A stretch of DNA of 64,000 bases. Origin: the human T2T-CHM13v2.0 reference genome, Homo sapiens. The stretch lies in assembly GCF_009914755.1 (NCBI RefSeq), contig NC_060948.1; one strand, 5' to 3'. Within the stretch, counting starts at the first letter, position 1; each line of letters starts with the position of its first letter. Both the position numbers and the translations under genes were made by a program. Shown one piece after another: positions 20,039-39,343 of the stretch. The notes beneath the pieces were generated by a model. It searched no databases. It saw only the letters and a list, made by a program, of their open reading frames with translations, and was not told where the DNA came from.

Positions 20039-22136
20039 AGATCCATATTTTTTAAATGAAAAAAAATTTCAAAGGTACTCTGCTTGGTACAATAATCAAA
20101 TGTATAAACTGAGGAATAAAACAAAACCATGAAACCTACTTATAACTGCATATGGAAAATACAGAGGATAATTTTTTAAATAACGTATTTTGAAAGCCTT
20201 AACTAGTAATTTGAAGAGTTGGCATTTGAAAGGCCAGTATGAATATACCTTCAAAGCAGCAACACAGGTTCCCCATGAGAAAAAGCAAACACAGGGAAAA
20301 TAAAAACACAAAGGTTCAATCTCTTCTGACCTTTGAAAGACACAGCACAGACAGTGGTCCTTAGGACGAAGAGCAGGAGACCCCTAATTCCGTCACCATG
20401 GCGATAGGGCATAAACATTGCTGGGTGAGGGCACAATCCACATTGTGAGGTCCAACTGCTGCCAGGAAGACAGGAGTGCTTTTACATAGACCGAAAGGTC
20501 ATTGAAGGCTCAGAGTTTTGTTTCAAGAACTGAATCCCAAGCCCACACGTTATTAGGCTGCGCTTCTTAAAACAAGTTATGAGATGGGAAAAAGGGCACC
20601 CACAAACATACGTATACATTATGTATATAATAATATACAGTATCATATATATAATATATATAACCTATGTATAATATTGTTTTACATCCTGCATCTTATG
20701 TTATATATATTGTATAAAATATAATAATTGATAATATATAAGTTTTATAATTATACAATATGACATATAGTATATATTATAATTTATGACATATATAATA
20801 TATGTTATATATCATATATAGAATATATTATACGGTTAATATACGTATTAAATATAAATTATACATTATATATATTATATATAATATATCTGTTATATAT
20901 AATACCCATTATGCATAATATATATATTATGTCTATGTTATATATAGTATAAAACAACATATAATAATATATAATTGTATATAGAAAACGCGACATATAA
21001 TATATATTATATTTTATGACATATGTAATATATATTATATAAAATACGTTGTATGTATAATACCTATATTAAATATATATTATATGACTATGTTATTAAT
21101 TACATGTCACATGTGTTATATATTATATATTTTACATAGAATATACCGGTTACATACAATATATACTATGTTACCTATAATGTATAATTTATTACATGTA
21201 AAATAAAGAATGCAATATATTATGTAAAATTTATAATATACAATATGTGGAATGTGATATATATAACATATAATATATGATATATGATATACAGTATATG
21301 ATATATAACATACAATATATGATTCCTAATATATATGGTATACAATATATTTTTTATGATATGTATTCTATATGTTTTATATTCTGTTATATATAACTAT
21401 TTGAAATTATATATAACTGTATAATATTTTACGTAAATATGTAATATAATATATATAACTATATAATATATTATATATAACTATATATTATGTTATATAT
21501 ACTTTTATAACATAATTTACATAAAATATCATAATATAATATATATTATATTATTTCATATTACATAATATATATTACATATCACCCAATATAACTAACA
21601 TACATAATATTATAATATAGATTATATTCTGTTATATTAAATATCATATATATCATGTATCATATATTCTATAATATATATTACACATTATATAATATGT
21701 ATGTTGTCTATTATGTGATATATATAACTATATATATAATTATATTTTTATACATATAACTAGATAAACATGTAATTCTACATATTTTCATTTATAATAT
21801 GTAGAATTATATAATCATATATAATTATTTATATTCTATAAAAAATTTTATCATTATATAAATTATAATATATAAAAATTATAATATGTACTACAAATAT
21901 ATATATTATATATCATATATGATATAGTACCTTTGTTATATATCATAATACATATAAATGTGTATTATGTTATCTATAATTATATAATTTCATATATAAG
22001 ATGTATAATATGTATCATACATTATATATGTTATGTAATATATATAGTATATATAAGATGACACAGGATAAATATTATATACTATGACATATAAAATATA
22101 TGAGGTTATATGTTACATATAAGGCATAGCACATAA

Positions 22137-22451
<315 letters not shown>

Positions 22452-24551
22452 AGATCCATATTTTTTAAATGAAAAAAAATTTCAAAGGTACTCTGCTTGG
22501 TACAATAATCAAATGTATAAACTGAGGAATAAAACAAAACCATGAAACCTACTTATAACTGCATATGGAAAATACAGAGGATAATTTTTTAAATAACGTA
22601 TTTTGAAAGCCTTAACTAGTAATTTGAAGAGTTGGCATTTGAAAGGCCAGTATGAATATACCTTCAAAGCAGCAACACAGGTTCCCCATGAGAAAAAGCA
22701 AACACAGGGAAAATAAAAACACAAATGTTCAATCTCTTCTGACCTTTGAAAGACACAGCACAGACAGTGGTCCTTAGGACGAAGAGCAGGAGACCCCTAA
22801 TTCCGTCACCATGGCGATAGGGCATAAACATTGCTGGGTGAGGGCACAATCCACATTGTGAGGTCCAACTGCTGCCAGGAAGACAGGAGTGCTTTTACAT
22901 AGACCGAAAGGTCATTGAAGGCTCAGAGTTTTGTTTCAAGAACTGAATCCCAAGCCCACACGTTATTAGGCTGCGCTTCTTAAAACAAGTTATGAGATGG
23001 GAAAAAGGGCACCCACAAACATACGTATACATTATGTATATAATAATATACAGTATCATATATATAATATATATAACCTATGTATAATATTGTTTTACAT
23101 CCTGCATCCTATGTTATATATATTGTATAAAATATAATAATTGATAATATATAAGTTTTATAATTATACAATATGACATATAGTATATATTATAATTTAT
23201 GACATATATAATATATGTTATATATCATATATAGAATATATTATACGGTTAATATACGTATTAAATATAAATTATACATTATATATATTATATATAATAT
23301 ATCTGTTATATATAATACCCATTATGCATAATATATATATTATGTCTATGTTATATATAGTATAAAACAACATATAATAATATATAATTGTATATATAAA
23401 ATGCGACATATATTATATATTATATTTTATAACATATGTAATATATATTATATATAATACGTTGTATGTATAATACCTATATTAAATATATATTATATGA
23501 CTATGTTATTAATTACATGTCACATGTGTTATATATTATATATTTTACATAGAATATACCGGTTACATACAATATATACTATGTTACCTATAATGTATAA
23601 TTTATTACATGTAAAATAAAGAATGCAATATATTATGTAAAATTTATAATATACAATATGTGGAATGTGATATATGTAACATATAATATATGATATATGA
23701 TATACAGTATATGATATATAACATACAATATATGATTCCTAATATATATGTTATACAATATATATTTTATGATATGTATTCTATAAGTTTTATATTCTGT
23801 TATATATAACTATTTGAAATTATATATAACTGTATAATATTTTATGTAAATATGTAATATAATATATATAACTATATAATATATTATATATAACTATATA
23901 TTATGTTATATATACTTTTATAACATAATTTACATAAAATATCATAATATAATATATATTATATTATTTCATATTACATAATATATATTACATATCACCC
24001 AATATAACTAACATACATAATATTATAATATAGATTATATTATGTTATATTAAATATCATATATATCATGTATCATATATTCTATAATATATATTACACA
24101 TTATATAATATGTATGTTGTCTATTATGTGATATATATAACTATATATATAATTATATTTTTATACATATAACTAGATAAACATGTAATTCTACATATTT
24201 TCATTTATAATATGTAGAATTATATAATCATATATAATTATTTATATTCTATAAAAAATTTTATCATTATATAAATTATAATATATAAAAATTATAATAT
24301 GTACTACAAATATATATATATTATATATCATATATGATATAGTACCTTTGTTATATATCATAATATATATAAATGTGTATTATGTTATCTATAATTATAT
24401 AATTTCATATATAAGATGTATAATATGTATCATATATTATATATGTTATGTAATATATATAGTATATATAAGATGACACAGGATAAATATTATATACTAT
24501 GACATATAAAATATATGAGGTTATATGTTACATATAAGGCATAGCACATAA

Positions 24552-24866
<315 letters not shown>

Positions 24867-26964
24867 AGATCCATATTTTTTAAATGAAAAAAAATTTCAA
24901 AGGTACTCTGCTTGGTACAATAATCAAATGTATAAACTGAGGAATAAAACATAACCATGAAACCTACTTATAACTGCATATGGAAAATACAGAGGATAAT
25001 TTTTTAAATAACATATTTTGAAAGCCTTAACTAGTAATTTGAAGAGTTGGCATTTGAAAGGCCAGTATGAATATACCTTCAAAGCAGCAACACAGGTTCC
25101 CCATGAGAAAAAGCAAACACAGGGAAAATAAAAACACAAAGGTTCAATCTCTTCTGACCTTTGAAAGACACAGCACAGACAGTGGTCCTTAGGACGAAGA
25201 GCAGGAGACCCCTAATTCCGTCACCATGGCGATAGGGCATAAACATTGCTGGGTGAGGGCACAATCCACATTGTGAGGTCCAACTGCTGCCAGGAAGACA
25301 GGAGTGCTTTTACATAGACCGAAAGGTCATTGAAGGCTCAGAGTTTTGTTTCAAGAACTGAATCCCAAGCCCACACGTTATTAGGCTGCGCTTCTTAAAA
25401 CAAGTTATGAGATGGGAAAAAGGGCACCCACAAACATACGTATACATTATGTATATAATAATATACAGTATCATATATATAATATATATAACCTATGTAT
25501 AATATTGTTTTACATCCTGCATCTTATGTTATATATATTGTATAAAATATAATAATTGATAATATATAAGTTTTATAATTATACAATATGACATATAGTA
25601 TATATTATAATTTATGACATATATAATATATGTTATATATCATATATAGAATATATTATACGGTTAATATACGTATTAAATATAAATTATACATTATATA
25701 TATTATATATAATATATCTGTTATATATAATACCCATTATGCATAATATATATATTATGTCTATGTTATATATAGTATAAAACAACATATAATAATATAT
25801 AATTGTATATATAAAATGCGACATATAATATATATTATATTTTATAACATATGTAATATATATTATATATAATACGTTGTATGTATAATACCTATATTAA
25901 ATATATATTATATGACTATGTTATTAATTACATGTCACATGTGTTATATATTATATATTTTACATAGAATATACCGGTTACATACAATATATACTATGTT
26001 ACCTATAATGTATAATTTATTACATGTAAAATAAAGAATGCAATATATTATGTAAAATTTATAATATACAATATGTGGAATGTGATATATATAACATATA
26101 ATATATGATATATGATATACAGTATATGATATATAACATACAATATATGATTCCTAATATATATGGTATACAATATATATTTTATGATATGTATTCTTTA
26201 TGTTTTATATTCTGTTATATTTAACTATTTGAAATTATATATAACTGTATAATATTTTATGTAAATATGTAATATAATATATATAACTATATAATATATT
26301 ATATATAACTATATATTATGTTATATATACTTTTATAACATAATTTACATAAAATATCATAATATAATATATATTATATTATTTCATATTACATAATATA
26401 TATTACATATCACCCAATATAACTAACATACATAATATTATAATATAGATTATATTGTGTTATATTAAATATCATATATATCATGTATCATATATTCTAT
26501 AATATATATTACACATTATATAATATGTATGTTGTCTATTATGTGATATATATAACTATATATATAATTATATTTTTATACATATAACTAGATAAACATG
26601 TAATTCTACATATTTTCATTTATAATATGTAGAATTATATAATCATATATAATTATTTATATTCTATAAAAAATTTTATCATTATATAAATTATAATATA
26701 TAAAAATTATAATATGTACTACAAATATATATATTATATATCATATATGATATAGTACCTTTGTTATATATCATAATACATATAAATGTGTATTATGTTA
26801 TCTATAATTATATAATTTCATATATAAGATGTATAATATGTATCATATATTATATATGTTATGTAATATATATAGTATATATAAGATGACACAGGATAAA
26901 TATTATATACTATGACATATTAAATATATGAGGTTATATGTTACATATAAGGCATAGCACATAA

Positions 26965-27279
<315 letters not shown>

Positions 27280-29377
27280 AGATCCATATTTTTTAAATGA
27301 AAAAAAATTTCAAAGGTACTCTGCTTGGTACAATAATCAAATGTATAAACTGAGGAATAAAACATAACCATGAAACCTACTTATAACTGCATATGGAAAA
27401 TACAGAGGATAATTTTTTAAATAACATATTTTGAAAGCCTTAACTAGTAATTTGAAGAGTTGGCATTTGAAAGGCCAGTATGAATATACCTTCAAAGCAG
27501 CAACACAGGTTCCCCATGAGAAAAAGCAAACACAGGGAAAATAAAAACACAAAGGTTCAATCTCTTCTGACCTTTCAAAGACACAGCACAGACAGTGGTC
27601 CTTAGGACGAAGAGCAGGAGACCCCTAATTCCGTCACCATGGCGATAGGGCATAAACATTGCTGGGTGAGGGCACAATCCACATTGTGAGGTCCAACTGC
27701 TGCCAGGAAGACAGGAGTGCTTTTACATAGACCGAAAGGTCATTGAAGGCTCAGAGTTTTGTTTCAAGAACTGAATCCCAAGCCCACACGTTATTAGGCT
27801 GCGCTTCTTAAAACAAGTTATGAGATGGGAAAAAGGGCACCCACAAACATACGTATACATTATGTATATAATAATATACAGTATCATATATATAATATAT
27901 ATAACCTATGTATAATATTGTTTTACATCCTGCATCTTATGTTATATATATTGTATAAAATATAATAATTGATAATATATAAGTTTTATAATTATACAAT
28001 ATGACATATAGTATATATTATAATTTATGACATATATAATATATGTTATATATCATATATAGAATATATTATACGGTTAATATACGTATTAAATATAAAT
28101 TATACATTATATATATTATATATAATATATCTGTTATATATAATACCCATTATGCATAATATATATATTATGTCTATGTTATATATAGTATAAAACAACA
28201 TATAATAATATATAATTGTATATATAAAATGCGACATATAATATATATTATATTTTATAACATATGTAATATATATTATATATAATACGTTGTATGTATA
28301 ATACCTATATTAAATATATATTATATGACTATGTTATTAATTACATGTCACATGTGTTATATATTATATATTTTACATAGAATATACCGGTTACATACAA
28401 TATATACTATGTTACCTATAATGTATAATTTATTACATGTAAAATAAAGAATGCAATATATTATGTAAAATTTATAATATACAATATGTGGAATGTGATA
28501 TATATAACATATAATATATGATATATGATATACAGTATATGATATATAACATACAATATATGATTCCTAATATATATTGTATACAATATATATTTTATGA
28601 TATGTATTCTATATGTTTTATATTCTGTTATATTTAACTATTTGAAATTATATATAACTGTATAATATTTTATGTAAATATGTAATATAATATATATAAC
28701 TATATAATATATTATATATAACTATATATTATGTTATATATACTTTTATAACATAATTTACATAAAATATCATAATATAATATATATTATATTATTTCAT
28801 ATTACATAATATATATTACATATCACCCAATATAATTAACATACATAATATTATAATATAGATTATATTGTGTTATATTAAATATCATATATATCATGTA
28901 TCATATATTCTATAATATATATTACACATTATATAATATGTATGTTGTCTATTATGTGATATATATAACTATATATATAATTATATTTTTATACATATAA
29001 CTAGATAAACATGTAATTCTACATATTTTCATTTATAATATGTAGAATTATATAATCATATATAATTATTTATATTCTATAAAAAATTTTATCATTATAT
29101 AAATTATAATATATAAAAATTATAATATGTACTACAAATATATATATTATATATCATATATGATATAGTACCTTTGTTATATATCATAATACATATAAAT
29201 GTGTATTATGTTATCTATAATTATATAATTTCATATATAAGATGTATAATATGTATCATATATTATATATGTTATGTAATATATATAGTATATATAAGAT
29301 GACACAGGATAAATATTATATACTATGACATATTAAATATATGAGGTTATATGTTACATATAAGGCATAGCACATAA

Positions 29378-29692
<315 letters not shown>

Positions 29693-31790
29693 AGATCCAT
29701 ATTTTTTAAATGAAAAAAAATTTCAAAGGTACTCTGCTTGGTACAATAATCAAATGTATAAACTGAGGAATAAAACATAACCATGAAACCTACTTATAAC
29801 TGCATATGGAAAATACAGAGGATAATTTTTTAAATAACATATTTTGAAAGCCTTAACTAGTAATTTGAAGAGTTGGCATTTGAAAGGCCAGTATGAATAT
29901 ACCTTCAAAGCAGCAACACAGGTTCCCCATGAGAAAAAGCAAACACAGGGAAAATAAAAACACAAAGGTTCAATCTCTTCTGACCTTTGAAAGACACAGC
30001 ACAGACAGTGGTCCTTAGGACGAAGAGCAGGAGACCCCTAATTCCGTCACCATGGCGATAGGGCATAAACATTGCTGGGTGAGGGCACAATCCACATTGT
30101 GAGGTCCAACTGCTGCCAGGAAGACAGGAGTGCTTTTACATAGACCGAAAGGTCATTGAAGGCTCAGAGTTTTGTTTCAAGAACTGAATCCCAAGCCCAC
30201 ACGTTATTAGGCTGCGCTTCTTAAAACAAGTTATGAGATGGGAAAAAGGGCACCCACAAACATACGTATACATTATGTATATAATAATATACAGTATCAT
30301 ATATATAATATATATAACCTATGTATAATATTGTTTTACATCCTGCATCTTATGTTATATATATTGTATAAAATATAATAATTGATAATATATAAGTTTT
30401 ATAATTATACAATATGACATATAGTATATATTATAATTTATGACATATATAATATATGTTATATATCATATATAGAATATATTATACGGTTAATATACGT
30501 ATTAAATATAAATTATACATTATATATATTATATATAATATATCTGTTATATATAATACCCATTATGCATAATATATATATTATGTCTATGTTATATATA
30601 GTATAAAACAACATATAATAATATATAATTGTATATATAAAATGCGACATATAATATATATTATATTTTATAACATATGTAATATATATTATATATAATA
30701 CGTTGTATGTATAATACCTATATTAAATATATATTATATGACTATGTTATTAATTACATGTCACATGTGTTATATATTATATATTTTACATAGAATATAC
30801 CGGTTACATACAATATATACTATGTTACCTATAATGTATAATTTATTACATGTAAAATAAAGAATGCAATATATTATGTAAAATTTATAATATACAATAT
30901 GTGGAATGTGATATATATAACATATAATATATGATATATGATATACAGTATATGATATATAACATACAATATATGATTCCTAATATATATCGTATACAAT
31001 ATATATTTTATGATATGTATTCTATATGTTTTATATTCTGTTATATTTAACTATTTGAAATTATACATAACTGTATAATATTTTATGTAAATATGTAATA
31101 TAATATATATAACTATATAATATATTATATATAACTATATGTTATGTTATATATACTTTTATAACATAATTTACATAAAATATCATAATATAATATATAT
31201 TATATTATTTCATATTACATAATATATATTACATATCACCCAATATAACTAACATACATAATATTATAATATAGATTATATTGTGTTATATTAAATATCA
31301 TATATATCATGTATCATATATTCTATAATATATATTACACATTATATAATATGTATGTTGTCTATTATGTGATATATATAACTATATATATAATTATATT
31401 TTTATACATATAACTAGATAAACATGTAATTCTACATATTTTCATTTATAATATGTAGAATTATATAATCATATATAATTATTTATATTCTATAAAAAAT
31501 TTTATCATTATATAAATTATAATATATAAAAATTATAATATGTACTACAAATATATATATTATATATCATATATGATATAGTACCTTTGTTATATATCAT
31601 AATACATATAAATGTGTATTATGTTATCTATAATTATATAATTTCATATATAAGATGTATAATATGTATCATATATTATATATGTTATGTAATATATATA
31701 GTATATATAAGATGACACAGGATAAATATTATATACTATGACATATTAAATATATGAGGTTATATGTTACATATAAGGCATAGCACGTAA

Positions 31791-32105
<315 letters not shown>

Positions 32106-34203
32106 AGATCCATATTTTTTAAATGAAAAAAAATTTCAAAGGTACTCTGCTTGGTACAATAATCAAATGTATAAACTGAGGAATAAAACATAACCATGAA
32201 ACCTACTTATAACTGCATATGGAAAATACAGAGGATAATTTTTTAAATAACGTATTTTGAAAGCCTTAACTAGTAATTTGAAGAGTTGGCATTTGAAAGG
32301 CCAGTATGAATATACCTTCAAAGCAGCAACACAGGTTCCCCATGAGAAAAAGCAAACACAGGGAAAATAAAAACACAAAGGTTCAATCTCTTCTGACCTT
32401 TGAAAGACACAGCACAGACAGTGGTCCTTAGGACGAAGAGCAGGAGACCCCTAATTCCGTCACCATGGCGATAGGGCATAAACATTGCTGGGTGAGGGCA
32501 CAATCCACATTGTGAGGTCCAACTGCTGCCAGGAAGACAGGAGTGCTTTTACATAGACCGAAAGGTCATTGAAGGCTCAGAGTTTTGTTTCAAGAACTGA
32601 ATCCCAAGCCCACACGTTATTAGGCTGCGCTTCTTAAAACAAGTTATGAGATGGGAAAAAGGGCACCCACAAACATACGTATACATTATGTATATAATAA
32701 TATACAGTATCATATATATAATATATATAACCTATGTATAATATTGTTTTACATCCTGCATCCTATGTTATATATATTGTATAAAATATAATAATTGATA
32801 ATATATAAGTTTTATAATTATACAATATGACATATAGTATATATTATAATTTATGACATATATAATATATGTTATATATCATATATAGAATATATTATAC
32901 GGTTAATATACGTATTAAATATAAATTATACATTATATATATTATATATAATATATCTGTTATATATAATACCCATTATGCATAATATATATATTATGTC
33001 TATGTTATATATAGTATAAAACAACATATAATAATATATAATTGTATATATAAAATGCGACATATATTATATATTATATTTTATAACATATGTAATATAT
33101 ATTATATATAATACGTTGTATGTATAATACCTATATTAAATATATATTATATGACTATGTTATTAATTACATGTCACATGTGTTATATATTATATATTTT
33201 ACATAGAATATACCGGTTACATACAATATATACTATGTTACCTATAATGTATAATTTATTACATGTAAAATAAAGAATGCAATATATTATGTAAAATTTA
33301 TAATATACAATATGTGGAATGTGATATATATAACATATAATATATGATATATGATATACAGTATATGATATATAACATACAATATATGATTCCTAATATA
33401 TATGGTATACAATATATATTTTATGATATGTATTCTATATGTTTTATATTCTGTTATATTTAACTATTTGAAATTATATATAACTGTATAATATTTTATG
33501 TAAATATGTAATATAATATATATAACTATATAATATATTATATATAACTATATATTATGTTATATATACTTTTATAACATAATTTACATAAAATATCATA
33601 ATATAATATATATTATATTATTTCATATTACATAATATATATTACATATCACCCAATATAACTAACATACATAATATTATAATATAGATTATATTGTGTT
33701 ATATTAAATATCATATATATCATGTATCATATATTCTATAATATATATTACACATTATATAATATGTATGTTGTCTATTATGTGATATATATAACTATAT
33801 ATATAATTATATTTTTATACATATAACTAGATAAACATGTAATTCTACATATTTTCATTTATAATATGTAGAATTATATAATCATATATAATTATTTATA
33901 TTCTATAAAAAATTTTATCATTATATAAATTATAATATATAAAAATTATAATATGTACTACAAATATATATATTATATATCATATATGATATAGTACCTT
34001 TGTTATATATCATAATACATATAAATGTGTATTATGTTATCTATAATTATATAATTTCATATATAAGATGTATAATATGTATCATATATTATATATGTTA
34101 TGTAATATATATAGTATATATAAGATGACACAGGATAAATATTATATACTATGACATATTAAATATATGAGGTTATATGTTACATATAAGGCATAGCACA
34201 TAA

Positions 34204-34518
<315 letters not shown>

Positions 34519-36616
34519 AGATCCATATTTTTTAAATGAAAAAAAATTTCAAAGGTACTCTGCTTGGTACAATAATCAAATGTATAAACTGAGGAATAAA
34601 ACATAACCATGAAACCTACTTATAACTGCATATGGAAAATACAGAGGATAATTTTTTAAATAACATATTTTGAAAGCCTTAACTAGTAATTTGAAGAGTT
34701 GGCATTTGAAAGGCCAGTATGAATATACCTTCAAAGCAGCAACACAGGTTCCCCATGAGAAAAAGCAAACACAGGGAAAATAAAAACACAAAGGTTCAAT
34801 CTCTTCTGACCTTTGAAAGACACAGCACAGACAGTGGTCCTTAGGACGAAGAGCAGGAGACCCCTAATTCCGTCACCATGGCGATAGGGCATAAACATTG
34901 CTGGGTGAGGGCACAATCCACATTGTGAGGTCCAACTGCTGCCAGGAAGACAGGAGTGCTTTTACATAGACCGAAAGGTCATTGAAGGCTCAGAGTTTTG
35001 TTTCAAGAACTGAATCCCAAGCCCACACGTTATTAGGCTGTGCTTCTTAAAACAAGTTATGAGATGGGAAAAAGGGCACCCACAAACATACGTATACATT
35101 ATGTATATAATAATATACAGTATCATATATATAATATATATAACCTATGTATAATATTGTTTTACATCCTGCATCTTATGTTATATATATTGTATAAAAT
35201 ATAATAATTGATAATATATAAGTTTTATAATTATACAATATGACATATAGTATATATTATAATTTATGACATATATAATATATGTTATATATCATATATA
35301 GAATATATTATACGGTTAATATACGTATTAAATATAAATTATACATTATATATATTATATATAATATATCTGTTATATATAATACCCATTATGCATAATA
35401 TATATATTATGTCTATGTTATATATAGTATAAAACAACATATAATAATATATAATTGTATATATAAAATGCGACATATAATATATATTATATTTTATAAC
35501 ATATGTAATATATATTATATATAATACGTTGTATGTATAATACCTATATTAAATATATATTATATGACTATGTTATTAATTACATGTCACATGTGTTATA
35601 TATTATATATTTTACATAGAATATACCGGTTACATACAATATATACTATGTTACCTATAATGTATAATTTATTACATGTAAAATAAAGAATGCAATATAT
35701 TATGTAAAATTTATAATATACAATATGTGGAATGTGATATATATAACATATAATATATGATATATGATATACAGTATATGATATATAACATACAATATAT
35801 GATTCCTAATATATATTGTATACAATATATATTTTATGATATGTATTCTATATGTTTTATATTCTGTTATATTTAACTATTTGAAATTATATATAACTGT
35901 ATAATATTTTATGTAAATATGTAATATAATATATATAACTATATAATATATTATATATAACTATATATTATGTTATATATACTTTTATAACATAATTTAC
36001 ATAAAATATCATAATATAATATATATTATATTATTTCATATTACATAATATATATTACATATCACCCAATATAATTAACATACATAATATTATAATATAG
36101 ATTATATTGTGTTATATTAAATATCATATATATCATGTATCATATATTCTATAATATATATTACACATTATATAATATGTATGTTGTCTATTATGTGATA
36201 TATATAACTATATATATAATTATATTTTTATACATATAACTAGATAAACATGTAATTCTACATATTTTCATTTATAATATGTAGAATTATATAATCATAT
36301 ATAATTATTTATATTCTATAAAAAATTTTATCATTATATAAATTATAATATATAAAAATTATAATATGTACTACAAATATATATATTATATATCATATAT
36401 GATATAGTACCTTTGTTATATATCATAATACATATAAATGTGTATTATGTTATCTATAATTATATAATTTCATATATAAGATGTATAATATGTATCATAT
36501 ATTATATATGTTATGTAATATATATAGTATATATAAGATGACACAGGATAAATATTATATACTATGACATATTAAATATATGAGGTTATATGTTACATAT
36601 AAGGCATAGCACATAA

Positions 36617-36930
<314 letters not shown>

Positions 36931-39028
36931 AGATCCATATTTTTTAAATGAAAAAAAATTTCAAAGGTACTCTGCTTGGTACAATAATCAAATGTATAAA
37001 CTGAGGAATAAAACATAACCATGAAACCTACTTATAACTGCATATGGAAAATACAGAGGATAATTTTTTAAATAACATATTTTGAAAGCCTTAACTAGTA
37101 ATTTGAAGAGTTGGCATTTGAAAGGCCAGTATGAATATACCTTCAAAGCAGCAACACAGGTTCCCCATGAGAAAAAGCAAACACAGGGAAAATAAAAACA
37201 CAAAGGTTCAATCTCTTCTGACCTTTGAAAGACACAGCACAGACAGTGGTCCTTAGGACGAAGAGCAGGAGACCCCTAATTCCGTCACCATGGCGATAGG
37301 GCATAAACATTGCTGGGTGAGGGCACAATCCACATTGTGAGGTCCAACTGCTGCCAGGAAGACAGGAGTGCTTTTACATAGACCGAAAGGTCATTGAAGG
37401 CTCAGAGTTTTGTTTCAAGAACTGAATCCCAAGCCCACACGTTATTAGGCTGCGCTTCTTAAAACAAGTTATGAGATGGGAAAAAGGGCACCCACAAACA
37501 TACGTATACATTATGTATATAATAATATACAGTATCATATATATAATATATATAACCTATGTATAATATTGTTTTACATCCTGCATCTTATGTTATATAT
37601 ATTGTATAAAATATAATAATTGATAATATATAAGTTTTATAATTATACAATATGACATATAGTATATATTATAATTTATGACATATATAATATATGTTAT
37701 ATATCATATATAGAATATATTATACGGTTAATATACGTATTAAATATAAATTATACATTATATATATTATATATAATATATCTGTTATATATAATACCCA
37801 TTATGCATAATATATATATTATGTCTATGTTATATATAGTATAAAACAACATATAATAATATATAATTGTATATATAAAATGCGACATATAATATATATT
37901 ATATTTTATAACATATGTAATATATATTATATATAATACGTTGTATGTATAATACCTATATTAAATATATATTATATGACTATGTTATTAATTACATGTC
38001 ACATGTGTTATATATTATATATTTTACATAGAATATACCGGTTACATACAATATATACTATGTTACCTATAATGTATAATTTATTACATGTAAAATAAAG
38101 AATGCAATATATTATGTAAAATTTATAATATACAATATGTGGAATGTGATATATATAACATATAATATATGATATATGATATACAGTATATGATATATAA
38201 CATACAATATATGATTCCTAATATATATCGTATACAATATATATTTTATGATATGTATTCTATATGTTTTATATTCTGTTATAATTAACTATTTGAAATT
38301 ATATATAACTGTATAATATTTTATGTAAATATGTAATATAATATATATAACTATATAATATATTATATATAACTATATATTATGTTATATATACTTTTAT
38401 AACATAATTTACATAAAATATCATAATATAATATATATTATATTATTTCATATTACATAATATATATTACATATCACCCAATATAACTAACATACATAAT
38501 ATTATAATATAGATTATATTGTGTTATATTAAATATCATATATATCATGTATCATATATTCTATAATATATATTACACATTATATAATATGTATGTTGTC
38601 TATTATTTGATATATATAACTATATATATAATTATATTTTTGTACATATAACTAGATAAACATGTAATTCTACATATTTTCATTTATAATATGTAGAATT
38701 ATATAATCATATATAATTATTTATATTCTATAAAAAATTTTATCATTATATAAATTATAATATATAAAAATTATAATATGTACTACAAATATATATATTA
38801 TATATCATATATGATATAGTACCTTTGTTATATATCATAATACATATAAATGTGTATTATGTTATCTATAATTATATAATTTCATATATAAGATGTATAA
38901 TATGTATCATATATTATAGATGTTATGTAATATATATAGTATATATAAGATGACACAGGATAAATATTATATACTATGACATATTAAATATATGAGGTTA
39001 TATGTTACATATAAGGCATAGCACATAA

Positions 39029-39343
<315 letters not shown>

